Assembly (NCBI GenBank): GCA_021796275.1
Contig: JAJYOI010000003.1
Coordinates: forward strand, 1,532 to 65,531
Length of the DNA: 64,000 nucleotides
From: Bacteroidota bacterium
GTDB taxonomy: Bacteria; Bacteroidota; Ignavibacteria; UBA10030; UBA8401
Direction: 5' to 3'
Within the stretch, counting starts at the first letter, position 1. Every line of letters begins with the position of its first letter. This document shows, piece after piece, positions 20,366 through 31,931 of this stretch. The position numbers were made by a program, and so were the translations under genes. Below the pieces are notes generated by a model. That model had not been told where the DNA came from. It did not search any database and was given only the letters and a program-made list of their open reading frames with translations.

Positions 20366-20563
20366 AATGTCCTCCTAAATACCCTTTGCGGAAAATCGTG
20401 ATCCCGCTGCGTGGCGCATAACGTCTCGGCAAACAACGCCGCCGTTTTGCGAACTATCAAATGACAAATCCATCGTGAGCAGAACGGCGGAACGAGCACA
20501 ATTATTTCCTTTCAAACAGAGCGAGTGTCGTTATTCGCCGTGTTATACGCAGGGCCGGTTGCG

Positions 20564-21274
20564 TCACTGTGCCGCCAATACAAGTGCATTGTCAATTATT
20601 TTTGGTACGGTTGTGTTCCACGCATTTGGTAACTCCCAAGTATCGACACACATTTCAGCAAGTAAAGGCCCGTTTGCAACTGCGACTCTCCAGAAACTTC
20701 TGAATAGCCTTTCAAAACTATATGATGGCTGGTTGCGGCTATCGTCATTCCGATTTATGAAGTACTTGAGCGTGTACTTTCGGTCGATTGGCGGAACAAG
20801 ATGTGGCAACATATGATGAAGTAATTTGCTATTGGCAACAAGCGGCCACCCAGCCACCACAACGTGAATATTATCAATCAAACTCGTTATCGTATTCGAT
20901 GCTGTCTGAAAATTCTGTTCGTCCAACTGGTAAAGTCTGTGCTCGGATAGGTGAGCAAGTTGCTGCGCCAGATTGTTGACTTGTTCACGGAATTGTTGAA
21001 ACTCAACCAGACGAGCATTCGGATTATCGAATCTGTGCATACCCCAGCTGGCGAGACAGGCGTAGAGTCTTTCTGCGAAGGAGTCGTTTGCTATTCGTTC
21101 CGGCAGATTCGGTGTTTGATTGGCTGAGTTGACTAACACCTTGTGAAAATACAATGACGGACCTTCCCATTGAATAGGAACGTTCTGTAAATTCTGAAGG
21201 AGAGCTACGACCTCTTGCTGGAGGTATGTCGTCTGTGCTTCTAATCTTTGTAATGTGCGATTACTCCAGGGCAT
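20564..21274 (-). CDS. Hypothetical cytoplasmic protein
   Basis: 236 aa. No signal peptide or recognisable motif. Paired with the membrane protein downstream. Confidence 0.3.
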   Translation of the reverse strand: MPWSNRTLQRLEAQTTYLQQEVVALLQNLQNVPIQWEGPSLYFHKVLVNSANQTPNLPERIANDSFAERLYACLASWGMHRFDNPNARLVEFQQFREQVNNLAQQLAHLSEHRLYQLDEQNFQTASNTITSLIDNIHVVVAGWPLVANSKLLHHMLPHLVPPIDRKYTLKYFINRNDDSRNQPSYSFERLFRSFWRVAVANGPLLAEMCVDTWELPNAWNTTVPKIIDNALVLAAQ

Positions 21275-21406
21275 TTTCTATCAACCTGCCTTGCGCATAA
21301 CTATTGTAAGTATGGCTTATGTCGTTTTTACACCCGCTTTGGCTGGATAGACGCCATAACTTGTGGCGCCAAAGGCGCCATGTCGTTTATTTCGTTTTTG
21401 TCTGCA

Positions 21407-22396
21407 TCACCTCTTCATAAAATCCGACACTTCTTTCAAGAACTCATCTCTGCGTTCAATGAAAAACTCATGCCCGGTATTTTCGAACTCATGGATTTTT
21501 GCTTTGGGAATTGATTGTACCAAAGCATCCATCACAAAACGCGAGATGTAATCATTTTGACCGACAAGTACGAGTGCCTTCACGCGCAGAGTTTTTAAAT
21601 CGTCACGCGTATCAAAATCTTTGAGATTCCCGGAAATATCGAAATAGCCTGTCCTTCCCCACATTGCAAAGAAAACGGGCCACGAGCGTTCCGGCAAAGA
21701 AAAATTCTGCGGCACAGCATACGGACTTGAGAAATAATTCGGAATCAGCAAACCTTTCATGACAGCATCATCGTAACCGGGATTATACCTGTCGCCGACA
21801 ATTAAACTGTCCTTCTCATACGACTTGACGATTGCGGCGATTTGGCGCGGCATGAAGTCACGCATTTGATTCAACCACACATTGAGATCGTCCGGCACGC
21901 GCGCCGCCGTGCTCATCAAAATCAACCTGTTCACACGCTGAGGATATTTGATGGCGTACTTTTGCGCAAGCATGCCGCCGGTTTCATGCCCGATGATATT
22001 CAATTGCTGAATTCTCAACGCCGAACGCACCGATTCCACATCGGCAACCATATCCGTGAGGTTGTACTTTTCCGGGTTGCGAAATCCTTGCGAGCGGCCG
22101 CAGCCGCGCGGGTCGAGAAAAATAAGCTGCGCGACTGAATCGAGCGGCGACAAAACCGGCACGAGGTAATCGAACGAAAATCCAGGTCCGCCGGGCAAAA
22201 CGATTGTCGGAGTTCCCGTCCCTTCGATGCGGACAAAAAGCTGGACGCCATCTTTACCGGTAACATAACCGGTGACAACTTTATCCTTTAATGGAATTTG
22301 CTCAGCATTGATCGCTGCAACTTGTTCTTCTTTCCTGCATCCGCCAACTAAGAAAAGGAGGACGAGAAAAAAAACAGCAATGCATTTTTGAGGCAT
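21407..22396 (-). CDS. Secreted alpha/beta-fold hydrolase (proline iminopeptidase-like)
   Basis: 329 aa, lipoprotein-type signal (LVGGC). Elbow region reads IIGHETGGMLA (Glu, not Ser, at the nucleophile position). Confidence 0.65.
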   Translation of the reverse strand: MPQKCIAVFFLVLLFLVGGCRKEEQVAAINAEQIPLKDKVVTGYVTGKDGVQLFVRIEGTGTPTIVLPGGPGFSFDYLVPVLSPLDSVAQLIFLDPRGCGRSQGFRNPEKYNLTDMVADVESVRSALRIQQLNIIGHETGGMLAQKYAIKYPQRVNRLILMSTAARVPDDLNVWLNQMRDFMPRQIAAIVKSYEKDSLIVGDRYNPGYDDAVMKGLLIPNYFSSPYAVPQNFSLPERSWPVFFAMWGRTGYFDISGNLKDFDTRDDLKTLRVKALVLVGQNDYISRFVMDALVQSIPKAKIHEFENTGHEFFIERRDEFLKEVSDFMKR

Positions 22397-22480
22397 GGAT
22401 TTTTCTCCTTAAAGTTTCTGCTGCTCCGGTAATAAAATTGCTGTCGTGAATGTAACGAGAATTTGAAAGAATGTAAAGGA

Positions 22481-23062
22481 TTATTTTTTCAGCCAGTCGC
22501 CGAACAGCACTTGCAGTTGATTCCGGGAATATGACGGTGCGGAATACTTTCCCGCCTGAAGCCGCTGCCGGAGCGCTTCAAACAAACAGACGCCGCACGC
22601 AACTGAAACATTCAGGCTCTGTATCATTCCCATCATTGGAATCATCGCCGTGGCATCTGCCAGCGCCGCCGCTTCGTCGGAAACGCCCGCATGTTCGTTC
22701 CCAAAAACGAGCGCTGTCGGAACCGACAAATCAAATGAATAGATCGGCCGCGCCCGTTCGTCAAGACGCGTTGCGAGAATGAAGAATCCTTCGCTTCGCA
22801 GTTGTGCATAGCATTCTTTTACCGATGGGAATTTTCTGCGCTCCACCCATTTGTTTGCGCTGGATGAACTTTTCTTTCCGATCTTCGGAAATTGCTCTTT
22901 CGTATAGAGAAGCTGGACCTGCGCGATACCAACGGCATCAGCGGAACGAAACATCGCACTGACATTGTGCGGATCGTGAATGTTTTCCATGACAATCGTC
23001 AAATCGGGCTGACGATGAGAAAGAACGGCGAGCAATTTTTCCTGGCGCCGCTCGGATTTCAT
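22481..23062 (-). CDS. SpoU/TrmH-family RNA 2'-O-methyltransferase
   Basis: C-terminal IPMMGMIQSLNVSVACGVCLFE SPOUT knot motif. Start moved to ATG 23062 (MKSERRQEKLL…), which overlaps the EamA stop (ATGA). The ORF-track N-terminal extension overlaps the neighbouring gene. Confidence 0.7.
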   Translation of the reverse strand: MKSERRQEKLLAVLSHRQPDLTIVMENIHDPHNVSAMFRSADAVGIAQVQLLYTKEQFPKIGKKSSSSANKWVERRKFPSVKECYAQLRSEGFFILATRLDERARPIYSFDLSVPTALVFGNEHAGVSDEAAALADATAMIPMMGMIQSLNVSVACGVCLFEALRQRLQAGKYSAPSYSRNQLQVLFGDWLKK

Positions 23063-23967
23063 TCTGCTCCCATGACAATCACGCGCGATTCGTTGCGCGA
23101 CCGTACCTGCAATAAGCCGATTGCCGCCAACACGCAGACAACGCCGACGGTCTGAATAAATTCGAGCGCACCTCCGAGAATAAAAAACGCCGATACAATT
23201 GCAACGACTGGTTCGAGCGTGCTGGTAATAATTGCACGCGTCGGCTCGATAAATTTCAATCCGGAAAAATAAAAGATATACGGAAGAAGGATGGATATTG
23301 TGGAGACGAGTGTAAAGATGAGCCATGAGTTCAGCGAATAGTGCGAGCGGACAATCGTAAAAGGTGAATTGATGAAAAGCCAAAATGCTGTTGCGGCGCC
23401 CAGCACATAAATCAGCGTCGTCCATACAGAATATTTCATTGTCAATGGTTTGCCGGCAATATTAAAAATTGAAAATGAAATCGCCGCAATGAACGCATAC
23501 GCCATGCCTTTCAATGAACCGTGAAGCAGGTTGGCATTGTAACCTCCTACCGCAAGAAAAATTCCTGCCATCGAAAGCAAAAGAGCCGCGGCTTTATATT
23601 TCGTCATCGCTTCACGCTGTACAACAGTTGCATACAGCGCAACCAACACCGGTGCCGTGTACTGCACGAGGATTGACGTGGCAACGTTTGATTCTTTAAT
23701 TGCCACATAATAAAAATAATTTGAGCCGGCCAACCCACAGATGCCGACAAAAAGGAACAACGGAATATCCCGCAACGAAATCCTGAGTACTTTTCTTTTT
23801 GTCACACCGAAATAGACAAGCAGCACGATAAATGCGATTGATGCCCGTGTTTGAACAATGATCAACGGGTCAATTGATTGATTGAATAAAATTTTTGCAA
23901 CGGTTGCGGAAATTCCCCAGAACGAAGCGGCGACGGCGATAAGAACGTACCCTTTTAATCGCTTCAT
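23059..23967 (-). CDS. EamA/DMT-family transporter
   Basis: 302 aa, 10 TM helices, two EamA-like halves. Confidence 0.8.
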   Translation of the reverse strand: MKRLKGYVLIAVAASFWGISATVAKILFNQSIDPLIIVQTRASIAFIVLLVYFGVTKRKVLRISLRDIPLFLFVGICGLAGSNYFYYVAIKESNVATSILVQYTAPVLVALYATVVQREAMTKYKAAALLLSMAGIFLAVGGYNANLLHGSLKGMAYAFIAAISFSIFNIAGKPLTMKYSVWTTLIYVLGAATAFWLFINSPFTIVRSHYSLNSWLIFTLVSTISILLPYIFYFSGLKFIEPTRAIITSTLEPVVAIVSAFFILGGALEFIQTVGVVCVLAAIGLLQVRSRNESRVIVMGAE

Positions 23968-24524
23968 ACGGCAGGCGGTTCTCCGGTCGTAGACCCCGTT
24001 GGAGCTTCGTTTGCTTTCAGACGATAATACTCGGCGAGATCGTCGTCTCCCTGAAGGCGATATAAGTATGACAAACGCTGAAGTAAGCTTTTCTTGTTCG
24101 GAACACGTTCGGCACCGGACTTCACAAAATCAATCAGCGTAGCCAGCGGCGGAATGTTAAGGTCGGGTTCATAGCAATCACACGCATCAAGGTACGGATC
24201 GGGAACAACCGGATTCACTTGTGCTGCCTTTTGGTAATACTGAAGTGAGTGTTCAAAATTATCAGACGAAGCGTACAGTGCTTCAAACACATTTGCCATC
24301 CACATATAGACGTCGTACGCAATATGAGGAAATTCTTTGGCGAGCTTTTCACCGAATAGCGTTATCTCGTCCGCTGTTAATGCATTGTTCCAGAAAAGAA
24401 GGCGGTATAATTCAATATCATCAATCCGCTGCTGGAGCGCGGCTTCAAATGCATCAAAAATGTCGTTAAAGCTTTTCGAAGAGGAGAATCGTTGGCGCAA
24501 TTCTTCTCGTGAAAGTACCGCCAT
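23964..24524 (-). CDS. Hypothetical protein (helical, TPR-like?)
   Basis: 186 aa. No firm motif. Confidence 0.3.
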   Translation of the reverse strand: MAVLSREELRQRFSSSKSFNDIFDAFEAALQQRIDDIELYRLLFWNNALTADEITLFGEKLAKEFPHIAYDVYMWMANVFEALYASSDNFEHSLQYYQKAAQVNPVVPDPYLDACDCYEPDLNIPPLATLIDFVKSGAERVPNKKSLLQRLSYLYRLQGDDDLAEYYRLKANEAPTGSTTGEPPAV

Positions 24525-24609
24525 GTCCTAAGGACTCCTTTGGAGAATTCCTCTGTTGTTTGCTAAAATAAAAAGCACAGCGTTGAAATGCAACCATGGC
24601 TCCGCCTTT

Positions 24610-24646
24610 CTGAAACAACAAAGCCACGCCGACAGCGTGGCTTTGC
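24610..24646 (-). terminator. Rho-independent terminator downstream of trxA
   Basis: Minus-strand AAAGCCACGCtgtcgGCGTGGCTTT hairpin followed by GTTGTTTC. Confidence 0.55.
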
Positions 24647-24672
24647 ATGGAACAATGCTGTTGCAGGACGGT

Positions 24673-24996
24673 TTATGACAAGTGTCGTGTTAGCTTGTCA
24701 ACGAGGTTTCTTTTCGGAACCGCACCGACAATCTGATCGACAACTTTTCCGCCTTTAAAAACAAGCAATGTGGGAATACTGCGGATGCCGAATTGCATCG
24801 ACACTGCGGGGTTCGCGTCAACATCCAGCTTCCCGACTTTTAATTTTCCGTCATATTCCTTCGCAATTTCTTCAACAACCGGCGCAACCATCTTACACGG
24901 ACCGCACCATGTCGCCCAAAAATCAACGAGCACGGGCACATTTGAACCTACAACCTCCGTTTGAAAATTTGCGTCGGTAACTTCGACTGGTTTCAT
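24673..24996 (-). CDS. trxA: Thioredoxin
   Basis: 107 aa. WCGPCK active site. Confidence 0.9.
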   Translation of the reverse strand: MKPVEVTDANFQTEVVGSNVPVLVDFWATWCGPCKMVAPVVEEIAKEYDGKLKVGKLDVDANPAVSMQFGIRSIPTLLVFKGGKVVDQIVGAVPKRNLVDKLTRHLS

Positions 24997-25013
24997 GAAT
25001 TTCTCCTTTTCGT

Positions 25014-28000
25014 TTATGCTGAAACTTTAATTGAATGTTTTCCAAGCAACGAACGCACGCTGTCCATAAATTCATTCGTTGGATTGATGCTAAACTTCCG
25101 CGATACGAATACCTGTTGTGCGCTGAATTCTTTTCCTATAACATTGAAATAGCACTGACAATTCCCTTTACTTTTTTCCAAAACAAGACGAAGCTTTTCC
25201 ATCGTTCCGTTATTCACTTCATCAGTGTTGAGCAGCAGAAAAACACGTTTTGCAAATTTCTCCCGCACTTTATCCATCGGAACAATTTCTGCGGCGGCAA
25301 TTTTGATGACGTCACCGCTGACTTCTCCGTTGCCTTCAACCAGGACCATTGCTTCCGGCTTAATGAGGTCCTCACATTTCTTAAACACGCTTGCAAACAC
25401 AACACAGTCCGCTTTTCCTGTAAAATCTTCGATCGTAATGAACGCCATCGGACGATTGTTCTTATCAATTTTCTTTTTGATCGACGTGATAATTCCGCCT
25501 GCCCGCACGCTGCCGTTCTTCATTCCTTCAACATCGCCCAAATGAATTGTAGCAAAGGCATTGATCTCGCTTTCATATTTCAACAGCGGATGTCCCGACA
25601 CATAAAATCCCAGCACCAATTTTTCATTCGACAGCTTTTCCGATTCGGTCCATGGCGTTACCGTGGGAAGCGTAGGGATAAGGAACGGATGTTCTTTCAC
25701 ACTTCCACCGTCGAAAAGATTGGACTGCCCCCGCTCCTGCTGGCTTTGCATTTGCTGTGCCGCCGCGACGCTCTGCTCAACAACGGTGAGAAGCTGCGCA
25801 CGATTTACATTGATGCTGTCGAACGCGCCGGCCATGATAAGACTTTCAATCGTTTTCTTACTTACGACATGAAGATCAACTTTCCGGCAAAAATCGAACA
25901 ACGACGTGAACCGCTGTCCACTGAAGGCCGATCCGCCTCTGGCAGAAATAATTGCATCAACTGCATTCGAGCCGACATTCTTAATTGCTACTAAACCGAA
26001 CCGGATTCCGTTTGCAGTAACGCTAAATGTTGATTCGCTTTCATTCACGTCAGGCGGCAGAACTTCAAGCTCAAGCTTTCGGCATTCATCAATCAGCATC
26101 ACAATTTTATCCGTGTTGCCGATTTCCGATGTGAGCGTTGCCGCCATGTATTCTGCGGGATACTGCGCTTTCAGATATGCGGTTTGATATGCAACAACGG
26201 AATACGGTACGCTGTGCGATTTGTTAAATCCGTACGAAGAAAATTTTTCGATCCGCTCATAAATCTCTTCCGACAATTTCGGCGAAATATTGCTTGTCTT
26301 CGCAGCACCAGCGACGAATTTCGTTTTCTGCGCGGCCATTGCCGCTTTATCTTTCTTTCCCATAGCGCGGCGCATCAGGTCTGCTTCTGCAAGAGTGAAG
26401 CCGGCAATCTCGCTTGCAATCCGCATCACCTGTTCCTGATACACGATGACGCCGTATGTTTCTTTCAGCGTGGCTTCCAATTTCGGATGCAGGTATTCTA
26501 TCTTTTGCAATCCGTGTTTCCTTTGGATATAGTCGCCGATGCTTTCCATTGGACCCGGGCGATACAATGCATTCATCACAACGAGATCGCTGATTGAATT
26601 CGGCTTCAGCTTGCGAAGCCAGTCCTGCATTCCTGAACTTTCAAACTGGAACACTGCGACCGTTTGTCCTTTGTGGAACAGTTCGAATGTTTTTTGATCG
26701 TTTTCCGGAAGTTCATCAAGATTGATTGTGACATCGTGATTTTTTTTGATCATCTCGAGCGCATTCTCAATCACCGTCAACGTACGCAGACCGAGAAAAT
26801 CCATTTTCAGCAAGCCGGCATCTTCAAGGTCTTTCATCGTGTACTGCGTCATCAATCCGGTCGAAGGTGTTTTGTACATCGGCACAAAATTGCTGATCGC
26901 AGCCGGCGCGATGACAACACCCGCCGCATGCATCGACGCGTTTCGGTTCATCCCCTCCAGCACCTGCGAAACATCAACCAACATTTTAATTTTCGGATCT
27001 TTACTGTCGTGAAGCGATTTTAACTCCGGTACTTTTTCCAATGCCTCGGCGATAGACATTACTTTTCCCTGATTGACCGGAATCTGTTTTGTCACCGGGT
27101 CGACAACAGAAAGCGGGATGCCGAGAACGCGTGCAACATCTTTCAGAACGGCACGTGACGATAATGTGCCAAATGTAATAATTTGTGAAACAGAATCTTC
27201 GCCGTATTTTTCCCGAACATACTGAATAACTCTTTCACGCTTGCTGTCTGAAAAGTCAACATCAATATCCGGCATACTCACACGGTCAGGATTGAGAAAC
27301 CGCTCGAAGAGCAAATCATATTTGAGCGGATCAACATTGGTAATGCCCAGCGCGTACGAAACGATACTGCCGGCAGCGCTGCCGCGTCCCGGTCCCACCA
27401 TAACGCCCATTTCACGCGCCGCGCGGATAAAATCTGACACGATCAAAAAATATCCCGCATATCCCATCGTGCGAATCACTGAAAGCTCATGCTTTACCCG
27501 CGCTTCGATTTCGGGAGTCACTTCAGCGGTCCGTGTTCGTATTCCCTCCCATGCAAGCTTGTCGAGATAATCTTCCAATGTCGAAACGCCCGCATCTTCC
27601 GGAATCGGAAATTTCGGCATGTGGTTGGTTTTCAAATCAAGTTCAACAGTGCATTTCTCTGCAACCTCAAGCGTGTGTTCGATTGCGCCGGGAAAATCTT
27701 TGAACAGCGCCGCCATTTCTTCCGCAGACTTGAAATAAATCTGGTCCGTCCCGTAACGAAGTTTTGTATAATCCGGTGTGTTCGTACTGCTTGCCTCCGG
27801 AATCAGCAGCATAATGTTATGAGCAATGGCATGCTCTGGTTTGATGTAATGCACATCGTTCGTCGCAATTAATTTAATGCCAAGTTCCTGCGCTAAACGC
27901 GGCATTCCGGCAAGGACATTCCTTTCGATGTCGTAATGATGATCCTGAACTTCGAGATAGAAATCGTCGCCGAATAATTCGCGGTACATCAAAGCAATAG

Positions 28001-28508
28001 CTTTTGCTTCATTGTAATTCTCATTCACAAGATGCGCCGACACAACGCCTCCGGCGCACGCTGAAAGTGCGACCAGCCCTTCGGAATATTTCGTCAGCAA
28101 CTCGAAATCAATGCGGGGCTTGTAATAAAATCCTTCAAGATGACCGAGCGTGATAAGCTTAATGAGGTTGCGATAACCTGTTTCGTTCTTTGCGAGAAGA
28201 ACAAGATGGTGATAAACGCCGCGCCCTTTTTTCTGCTCCGGCCGTAACGAATCGGTCGTTTGCGCTACGCCTTTGTCAAATCGGCTTCCCTTCGTAACAA
28301 TGTACACTTCACTGCCGATGATCGGCTTGATTCCTTTTTTCTTCGCCTTCTTATAAAATTCTACTGCGCCGAACATCACGCCGTGGTCTGTAAGCGCAAC
28401 AGCAGACATCTTATTTTCAAGTGCGGCATTAAGAAGCGAATCTACCGTTGTCGCGCCGTCAAGCAGACTATAATGAGTATGATTATGGAGATGGACGAAT
28501 TCAGGCAT
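25014..28508 (-). CDS. dnaE: DNA polymerase III alpha subunit
   Basis: 1164 aa. PHP domain N-terminus ([15 protein letters not shown]), polymerase core, OB-fold C-terminal region. Confidence 0.95.
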   Translation of the reverse strand: MPEFVHLHNHTHYSLLDGATTVDSLLNAALENKMSAVALTDHGVMFGAVEFYKKAKKKGIKPIIGSEVYIVTKGSRFDKGVAQTTDSLRPEQKKGRGVYHHLVLLAKNETGYRNLIKLITLGHLEGFYYKPRIDFELLTKYSEGLVALSACAGGVVSAHLVNENYNEAKAIALMYRELFGDDFYLEVQDHHYDIERNVLAGMPRLAQELGIKLIATNDVHYIKPEHAIAHNIMLLIPEASSTNTPDYTKLRYGTDQIYFKSAEEMAALFKDFPGAIEHTLEVAEKCTVELDLKTNHMPKFPIPEDAGVSTLEDYLDKLAWEGIRTRTAEVTPEIEARVKHELSVIRTMGYAGYFLIVSDFIRAAREMGVMVGPGRGSAAGSIVSYALGITNVDPLKYDLLFERFLNPDRVSMPDIDVDFSDSKRERVIQYVREKYGEDSVSQIITFGTLSSRAVLKDVARVLGIPLSVVDPVTKQIPVNQGKVMSIAEALEKVPELKSLHDSKDPKIKMLVDVSQVLEGMNRNASMHAAGVVIAPAAISNFVPMYKTPSTGLMTQYTMKDLEDAGLLKMDFLGLRTLTVIENALEMIKKNHDVTINLDELPENDQKTFELFHKGQTVAVFQFESSGMQDWLRKLKPNSISDLVVMNALYRPGPMESIGDYIQRKHGLQKIEYLHPKLEATLKETYGVIVYQEQVMRIASEIAGFTLAEADLMRRAMGKKDKAAMAAQKTKFVAGAAKTSNISPKLSEEIYERIEKFSSYGFNKSHSVPYSVVAYQTAYLKAQYPAEYMAATLTSEIGNTDKIVMLIDECRKLELEVLPPDVNESESTFSVTANGIRFGLVAIKNVGSNAVDAIISARGGSAFSGQRFTSLFDFCRKVDLHVVSKKTIESLIMAGAFDSINVNRAQLLTVVEQSVAAAQQMQSQQERGQSNLFDGGSVKEHPFLIPTLPTVTPWTESEKLSNEKLVLGFYVSGHPLLKYESEINAFATIHLGDVEGMKNGSVRAGGIITSIKKKIDKNNRPMAFITIEDFTGKADCVVFASVFKKCEDLIKPEAMVLVEGNGEVSGDVIKIAAAEIVPMDKVREKFAKRVFLLLNTDEVNNGTMEKLRLVLEKSKGNCQCYFNVIGKEFSAQQVFVSRKFSINPTNEFMDSVRSLLGKHSIKVSA

Positions 28509-28550
28509 GTCGTGCTTCAGAAAAAATTTATACTGACAAATAAACTTTAC

Positions 28551-29990
28551 TTAAAAATCTATAACTAACAATCTCGGTTCCGTCATTTCTTCAATCGCGT
28601 ACTTGATTCCTTCCCTGCCAAATCCGGAATCCTTGACGCCGCCGTACGGCATGTTATCAACGCGGAAGGTTGGATAATCATTCACAATGACTCCGCCGAC
28701 CTCGAGATTCTTGTAAGCGTACAAAATTGCATTCATATCGTTCGAAAAAATTCCCGCCTGCAAACCATACCGGGAATCATTCACTTCTTCAACGGCATGC
28801 TCAATGGAGTCAACTTTGTGCAGTGTTGTTACCGGACCGAAAATTTCCTCGCTGCATACTTTCATTTCAGGATTTACAGAACCAAGCACAGTCGGTTCCA
28901 TCATTGAACCGCGCCGCTTTCCACCCCACAATATTGTTGCACCGTCATTTACTGCTTCCTTCACCCATTGCTCTACGCGTTCAGCTTCTTTAAGACTAAT
29001 CATCGGACCGACAACGGTATCTTCCTCAAGCGGATTGCCGACTTTGACCACGGCAACCGCCTCAAGAAATTTCATCTCAAATTGTTTAAAAATACTTTTG
29101 TGAACATAAATGCGCTGAACTTTAATACACACTTGCCCTGCGTGTGCAAACGATCCGGTCACGCATCGCTCAACGGCATGCTCAATGTCCGCATGGTGAT
29201 CAACAATAACAGCCGCATTGCCGCCGAGTTCGAGCAGTACCTTTTTCTTTCCTGCTTTTTGCTTCAACGACCAGCCAACTCGTGCACTTCCTGTGAAGCT
29301 GAGCATTTTGATGCGATCATCTTCCGCAAGTTTTTCAGCAATCTCGTTTGAACACGGAACAACGTTGACTGCTTTTTCCGGAATGCCGGACTTCAAGAGT
29401 GTTTCGCCGAGAAGCAACGACGTCAGCGGCGCTTGCGGTGCGGGTTTGATGATGAACGGATTTCCGCATGCAATTGCGGGAGCGATCTTATGCGCAATCA
29501 GGTTAAGTGGAAAATTGAACGGCGTAATGCACACCACCGGGCCGATCGGAAAACGCATCGTAATGCCTTTGCGGTTTTTTACGATGCTGCTCACATCAAG
29601 CGAAATCACTTCGCCATTGATGCGCGATGCTTCTTCCGATGCAATTCGAAATGTCGAAACTGCCCGGTCCACTTCTCCCTTCGCAAACCTGATCGGTTTT
29701 CCGGACTCATTTGTGATCATCTCAGCAAATTCCTTCCGGCGATGGTCAATGTTGTCGGCTATTGCGCTGAGAATTTTTGAACGCTCATAACTGGAAAGTT
29801 TTTTTAACGAAGGGAAAATTTCGGCTGAATTCCGGATCGCTTCATCAACGTCTTCTTCACGGGCAAGAGAAAGAAGCCCGACTGCACTTCCGTTGAATGG
29901 ATTTGCGATATACACTTTCTCGTCGGATTCCCTCCATTCGCCGCCGACCAGAAATTTAAATTCCCTTGCCATTGTCCGTGCTCCCGTCAA
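28551..29990 (-). CDS. NAD(P)-dependent aldehyde dehydrogenase
   Basis: 479 aa. ELGGNA and catalytic Cys region (GQVCIKVQRIY), FTGS motif. Confidence 0.85.
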   Translation of the reverse strand: MTGARTMAREFKFLVGGEWRESDEKVYIANPFNGSAVGLLSLAREEDVDEAIRNSAEIFPSLKKLSSYERSKILSAIADNIDHRRKEFAEMITNESGKPIRFAKGEVDRAVSTFRIASEEASRINGEVISLDVSSIVKNRKGITMRFPIGPVVCITPFNFPLNLIAHKIAPAIACGNPFIIKPAPQAPLTSLLLGETLLKSGIPEKAVNVVPCSNEIAEKLAEDDRIKMLSFTGSARVGWSLKQKAGKKKVLLELGGNAAVIVDHHADIEHAVERCVTGSFAHAGQVCIKVQRIYVHKSIFKQFEMKFLEAVAVVKVGNPLEEDTVVGPMISLKEAERVEQWVKEAVNDGATILWGGKRRGSMMEPTVLGSVNPEMKVCSEEIFGPVTTLHKVDSIEHAVEEVNDSRYGLQAGIFSNDMNAILYAYKNLEVGGVIVNDYPTFRVDNMPYGGVKDSGFGREGIKYAIEEMTEPRLLVIDF

Positions 29991-31684
29991 TTCTTGACAA
30001 ACTGCACAACGGCATCAACCGCCGATTGCACTTTAACTGTCCACCGTTTGCCTGTTGCACGTTCCTTCAACTCCACCTCTTGATTTTTCATATTTCTTTC
30101 TCCCACCACTACCTGCAAAGGCATTCCAAGCAGGTCGGCATCTTTGAATTTGAAGCCCGCAGACACCGAAGTTCTGTCGTCAAACAAAACAGATAATCCT
30201 TTTGACTGTAAAGAGTTATATAATTCTTCTGATGTTTTTACAATGCTTTCTGAATCAGGATTTACACAAATCAGGTGAACATCGTATGGCGCAATGGATT
30301 TCGACCAGATAATACCATTCGCGTCATGATGTTGTTCGATATGACATGCCACAATTCGCTCAACACCGATGCCGTAACTTCCCATAATGATCGGTTGCTC
30401 CTTGCCGGACTCATCCAAAAAATTTGCTCCCAAAGCGACAGAATATTTTGTGCCTAGTTTGAAAATATGACCAATTTCAATTCCCTTTACAATGCGAAGT
30501 GGCGAAGAACAATTGGGGCACGACTCACCGTCTTCAACCGTGCGAAGATCATAATTGCCTTCAACTTTTACATCCCGATTGAAATCAATATTGCCAATAT
30601 GATAATCATTTTTATTCGCGCCGCTGTACATTCCGTTAGCACCTTCGAGACGTTTGTCGGCAATAATTTTGAATTTTGCTTTCAACCCGATTGGACCGAT
30701 TGATCCGGCATCGGCGCCAGTCAATGCAAGGAGTTCTTCCGGTTGTGCGGGACGAACATCGGTGCCGAGCACTGTTTGCAGTTTTATCTCATTAAGTTGA
30801 TCGTTCCCCATCATGAAAATCAACACCGGCGTGTCGCCTGAAATATACACCAGTGATTTCGCACATTTATTTGTTTCTATCTTGAGAAATTTGGCAAGTT
30901 GGTCAATCGTTTTAATATTCGGCGTATGGATTTCTTCCAGAGCCTTTTCGCCGTTCAACCGTACTGCTGAAGGCATCTTCGATGTCGCAACTTCAAGATT
31001 CGCTGCATAATGACAATGATCGCACAGCGCAACCGTGTCTTCACCGGCATCCGATTCAATCATGAATTCCTGTGAGCCGCTTCCTCCCATCGCTCCGCTC
31101 GATGCGCCAACAATGAAGAAGTTCAATCCGCATCGCGAGTAAATTTTCTTGTATGCTTCCGCGTGAAGATTGTAGCTCACGTCTAATCCTTCCGGCGATG
31201 AATCCATGCTGTACGAATCTTTCATCGTAAATTGTCTGCCGCGAAGCACTCCCGATTTCGGGCGGGGTTCGTTGCGAAACTTTGTCTGTATTTGATACCA
31301 AAGCTGCGGTAAATCTTTATATGAACGGATTTGATTCCGCGCGATGTGTGTGATAATTTCTTCATGCGTAGGTGCAAGCACAAGTGCACGATTCTTGATA
31401 TGGAAAAGAATATCGCCGAACGCTTTCACGCGGCCAGTCTCTTCCCATATCTCAATCGGATTCAATGCAGGCAAATGAAATTCCTGCCCGCCGATTGCAT
31501 CCATTTCTTCACGGATAATCTGCATCACTTTTTTCATCACCGCATAACCGAGCGGAAGAAACGAAAAAATTCCCGCGCCCAACTGGCGCATTAGTCCTGC
31601 TCGTATCATCAGTTGGTGGCTTGGAATTACTGCATCGGCCGGAACTTCTTTTACTGTAGGGAAAAAGCCTTTGGATATTCTCAT
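29987..31684 (-). CDS. proS: Proline--tRNA ligase (bacterial type with editing domain)
   Basis: 565 aa. Class II aaRS motifs, INS editing domain, C-terminal anticodon-binding domain. Confidence 0.9.
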   Translation of the reverse strand: MRISKGFFPTVKEVPADAVIPSHQLMIRAGLMRQLGAGIFSFLPLGYAVMKKVMQIIREEMDAIGGQEFHLPALNPIEIWEETGRVKAFGDILFHIKNRALVLAPTHEEIITHIARNQIRSYKDLPQLWYQIQTKFRNEPRPKSGVLRGRQFTMKDSYSMDSSPEGLDVSYNLHAEAYKKIYSRCGLNFFIVGASSGAMGGSGSQEFMIESDAGEDTVALCDHCHYAANLEVATSKMPSAVRLNGEKALEEIHTPNIKTIDQLAKFLKIETNKCAKSLVYISGDTPVLIFMMGNDQLNEIKLQTVLGTDVRPAQPEELLALTGADAGSIGPIGLKAKFKIIADKRLEGANGMYSGANKNDYHIGNIDFNRDVKVEGNYDLRTVEDGESCPNCSSPLRIVKGIEIGHIFKLGTKYSVALGANFLDESGKEQPIIMGSYGIGVERIVACHIEQHHDANGIIWSKSIAPYDVHLICVNPDSESIVKTSEELYNSLQSKGLSVLFDDRTSVSAGFKFKDADLLGMPLQVVVGERNMKNQEVELKERATGKRWTVKVQSAVDAVVQFVKN

Positions 31685-31721
31685 GAGTTGATTCTTAATT
31701 TTTCAATTGAATGTTCGTTTT

Positions 31722-31794
31722 GTGCTCTCGCGCAGACTCGAACTGCGATTAGAGGTTTAGGAAACCCCCGTTCTATCCACTTGAACTACGAGAG
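31722..31794 (-). tRNA. tRNA-Arg (anticodon CCT)
   Basis: Hand-folded. Acceptor GCTCTCG/CGAGAGC, D stem GTTC/GAAC, anticodon stem GGGGT/ACCTC with loop TTCCTAA (CCT), T arm CGCAG-TTCGAGT-CTGCG, discriminator A. No encoded CCA. Confidence 0.8.
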
Positions 31795-31931
31795 CTACAT
31801 GCTGGAGAAAGATAGTCAAATCTCTGTGGACTTTCAATAAATTTGGCGTTCATTTAAGCGTGCGAAGATAGACTTCGGAACGTCTGTCTTCAAAACAAGA
31901 GAAGAAAAATCTTCACAAGGTTTCCATAATC

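Noticed and set aside
23063-23425. N-terminal 121-aa extension of the TrmH-like ORF
   Set aside because: Overlaps the 3' end of the EamA gene in another frame and is Cys/Arg-rich with low complexity. The methyltransferase homology begins at the internal Met 23062.
25035-25994. Long antisense ORFs inside dnaE, the 1181-aa gene and the TonB-receptor gene (e.g. 25035..25994 +, 10066..10512 +, 12284..12751 +)
   Set aside because: Entirely overlapped by strongly supported genes on the opposite strand. Low-complexity Arg/Cys-rich translations.
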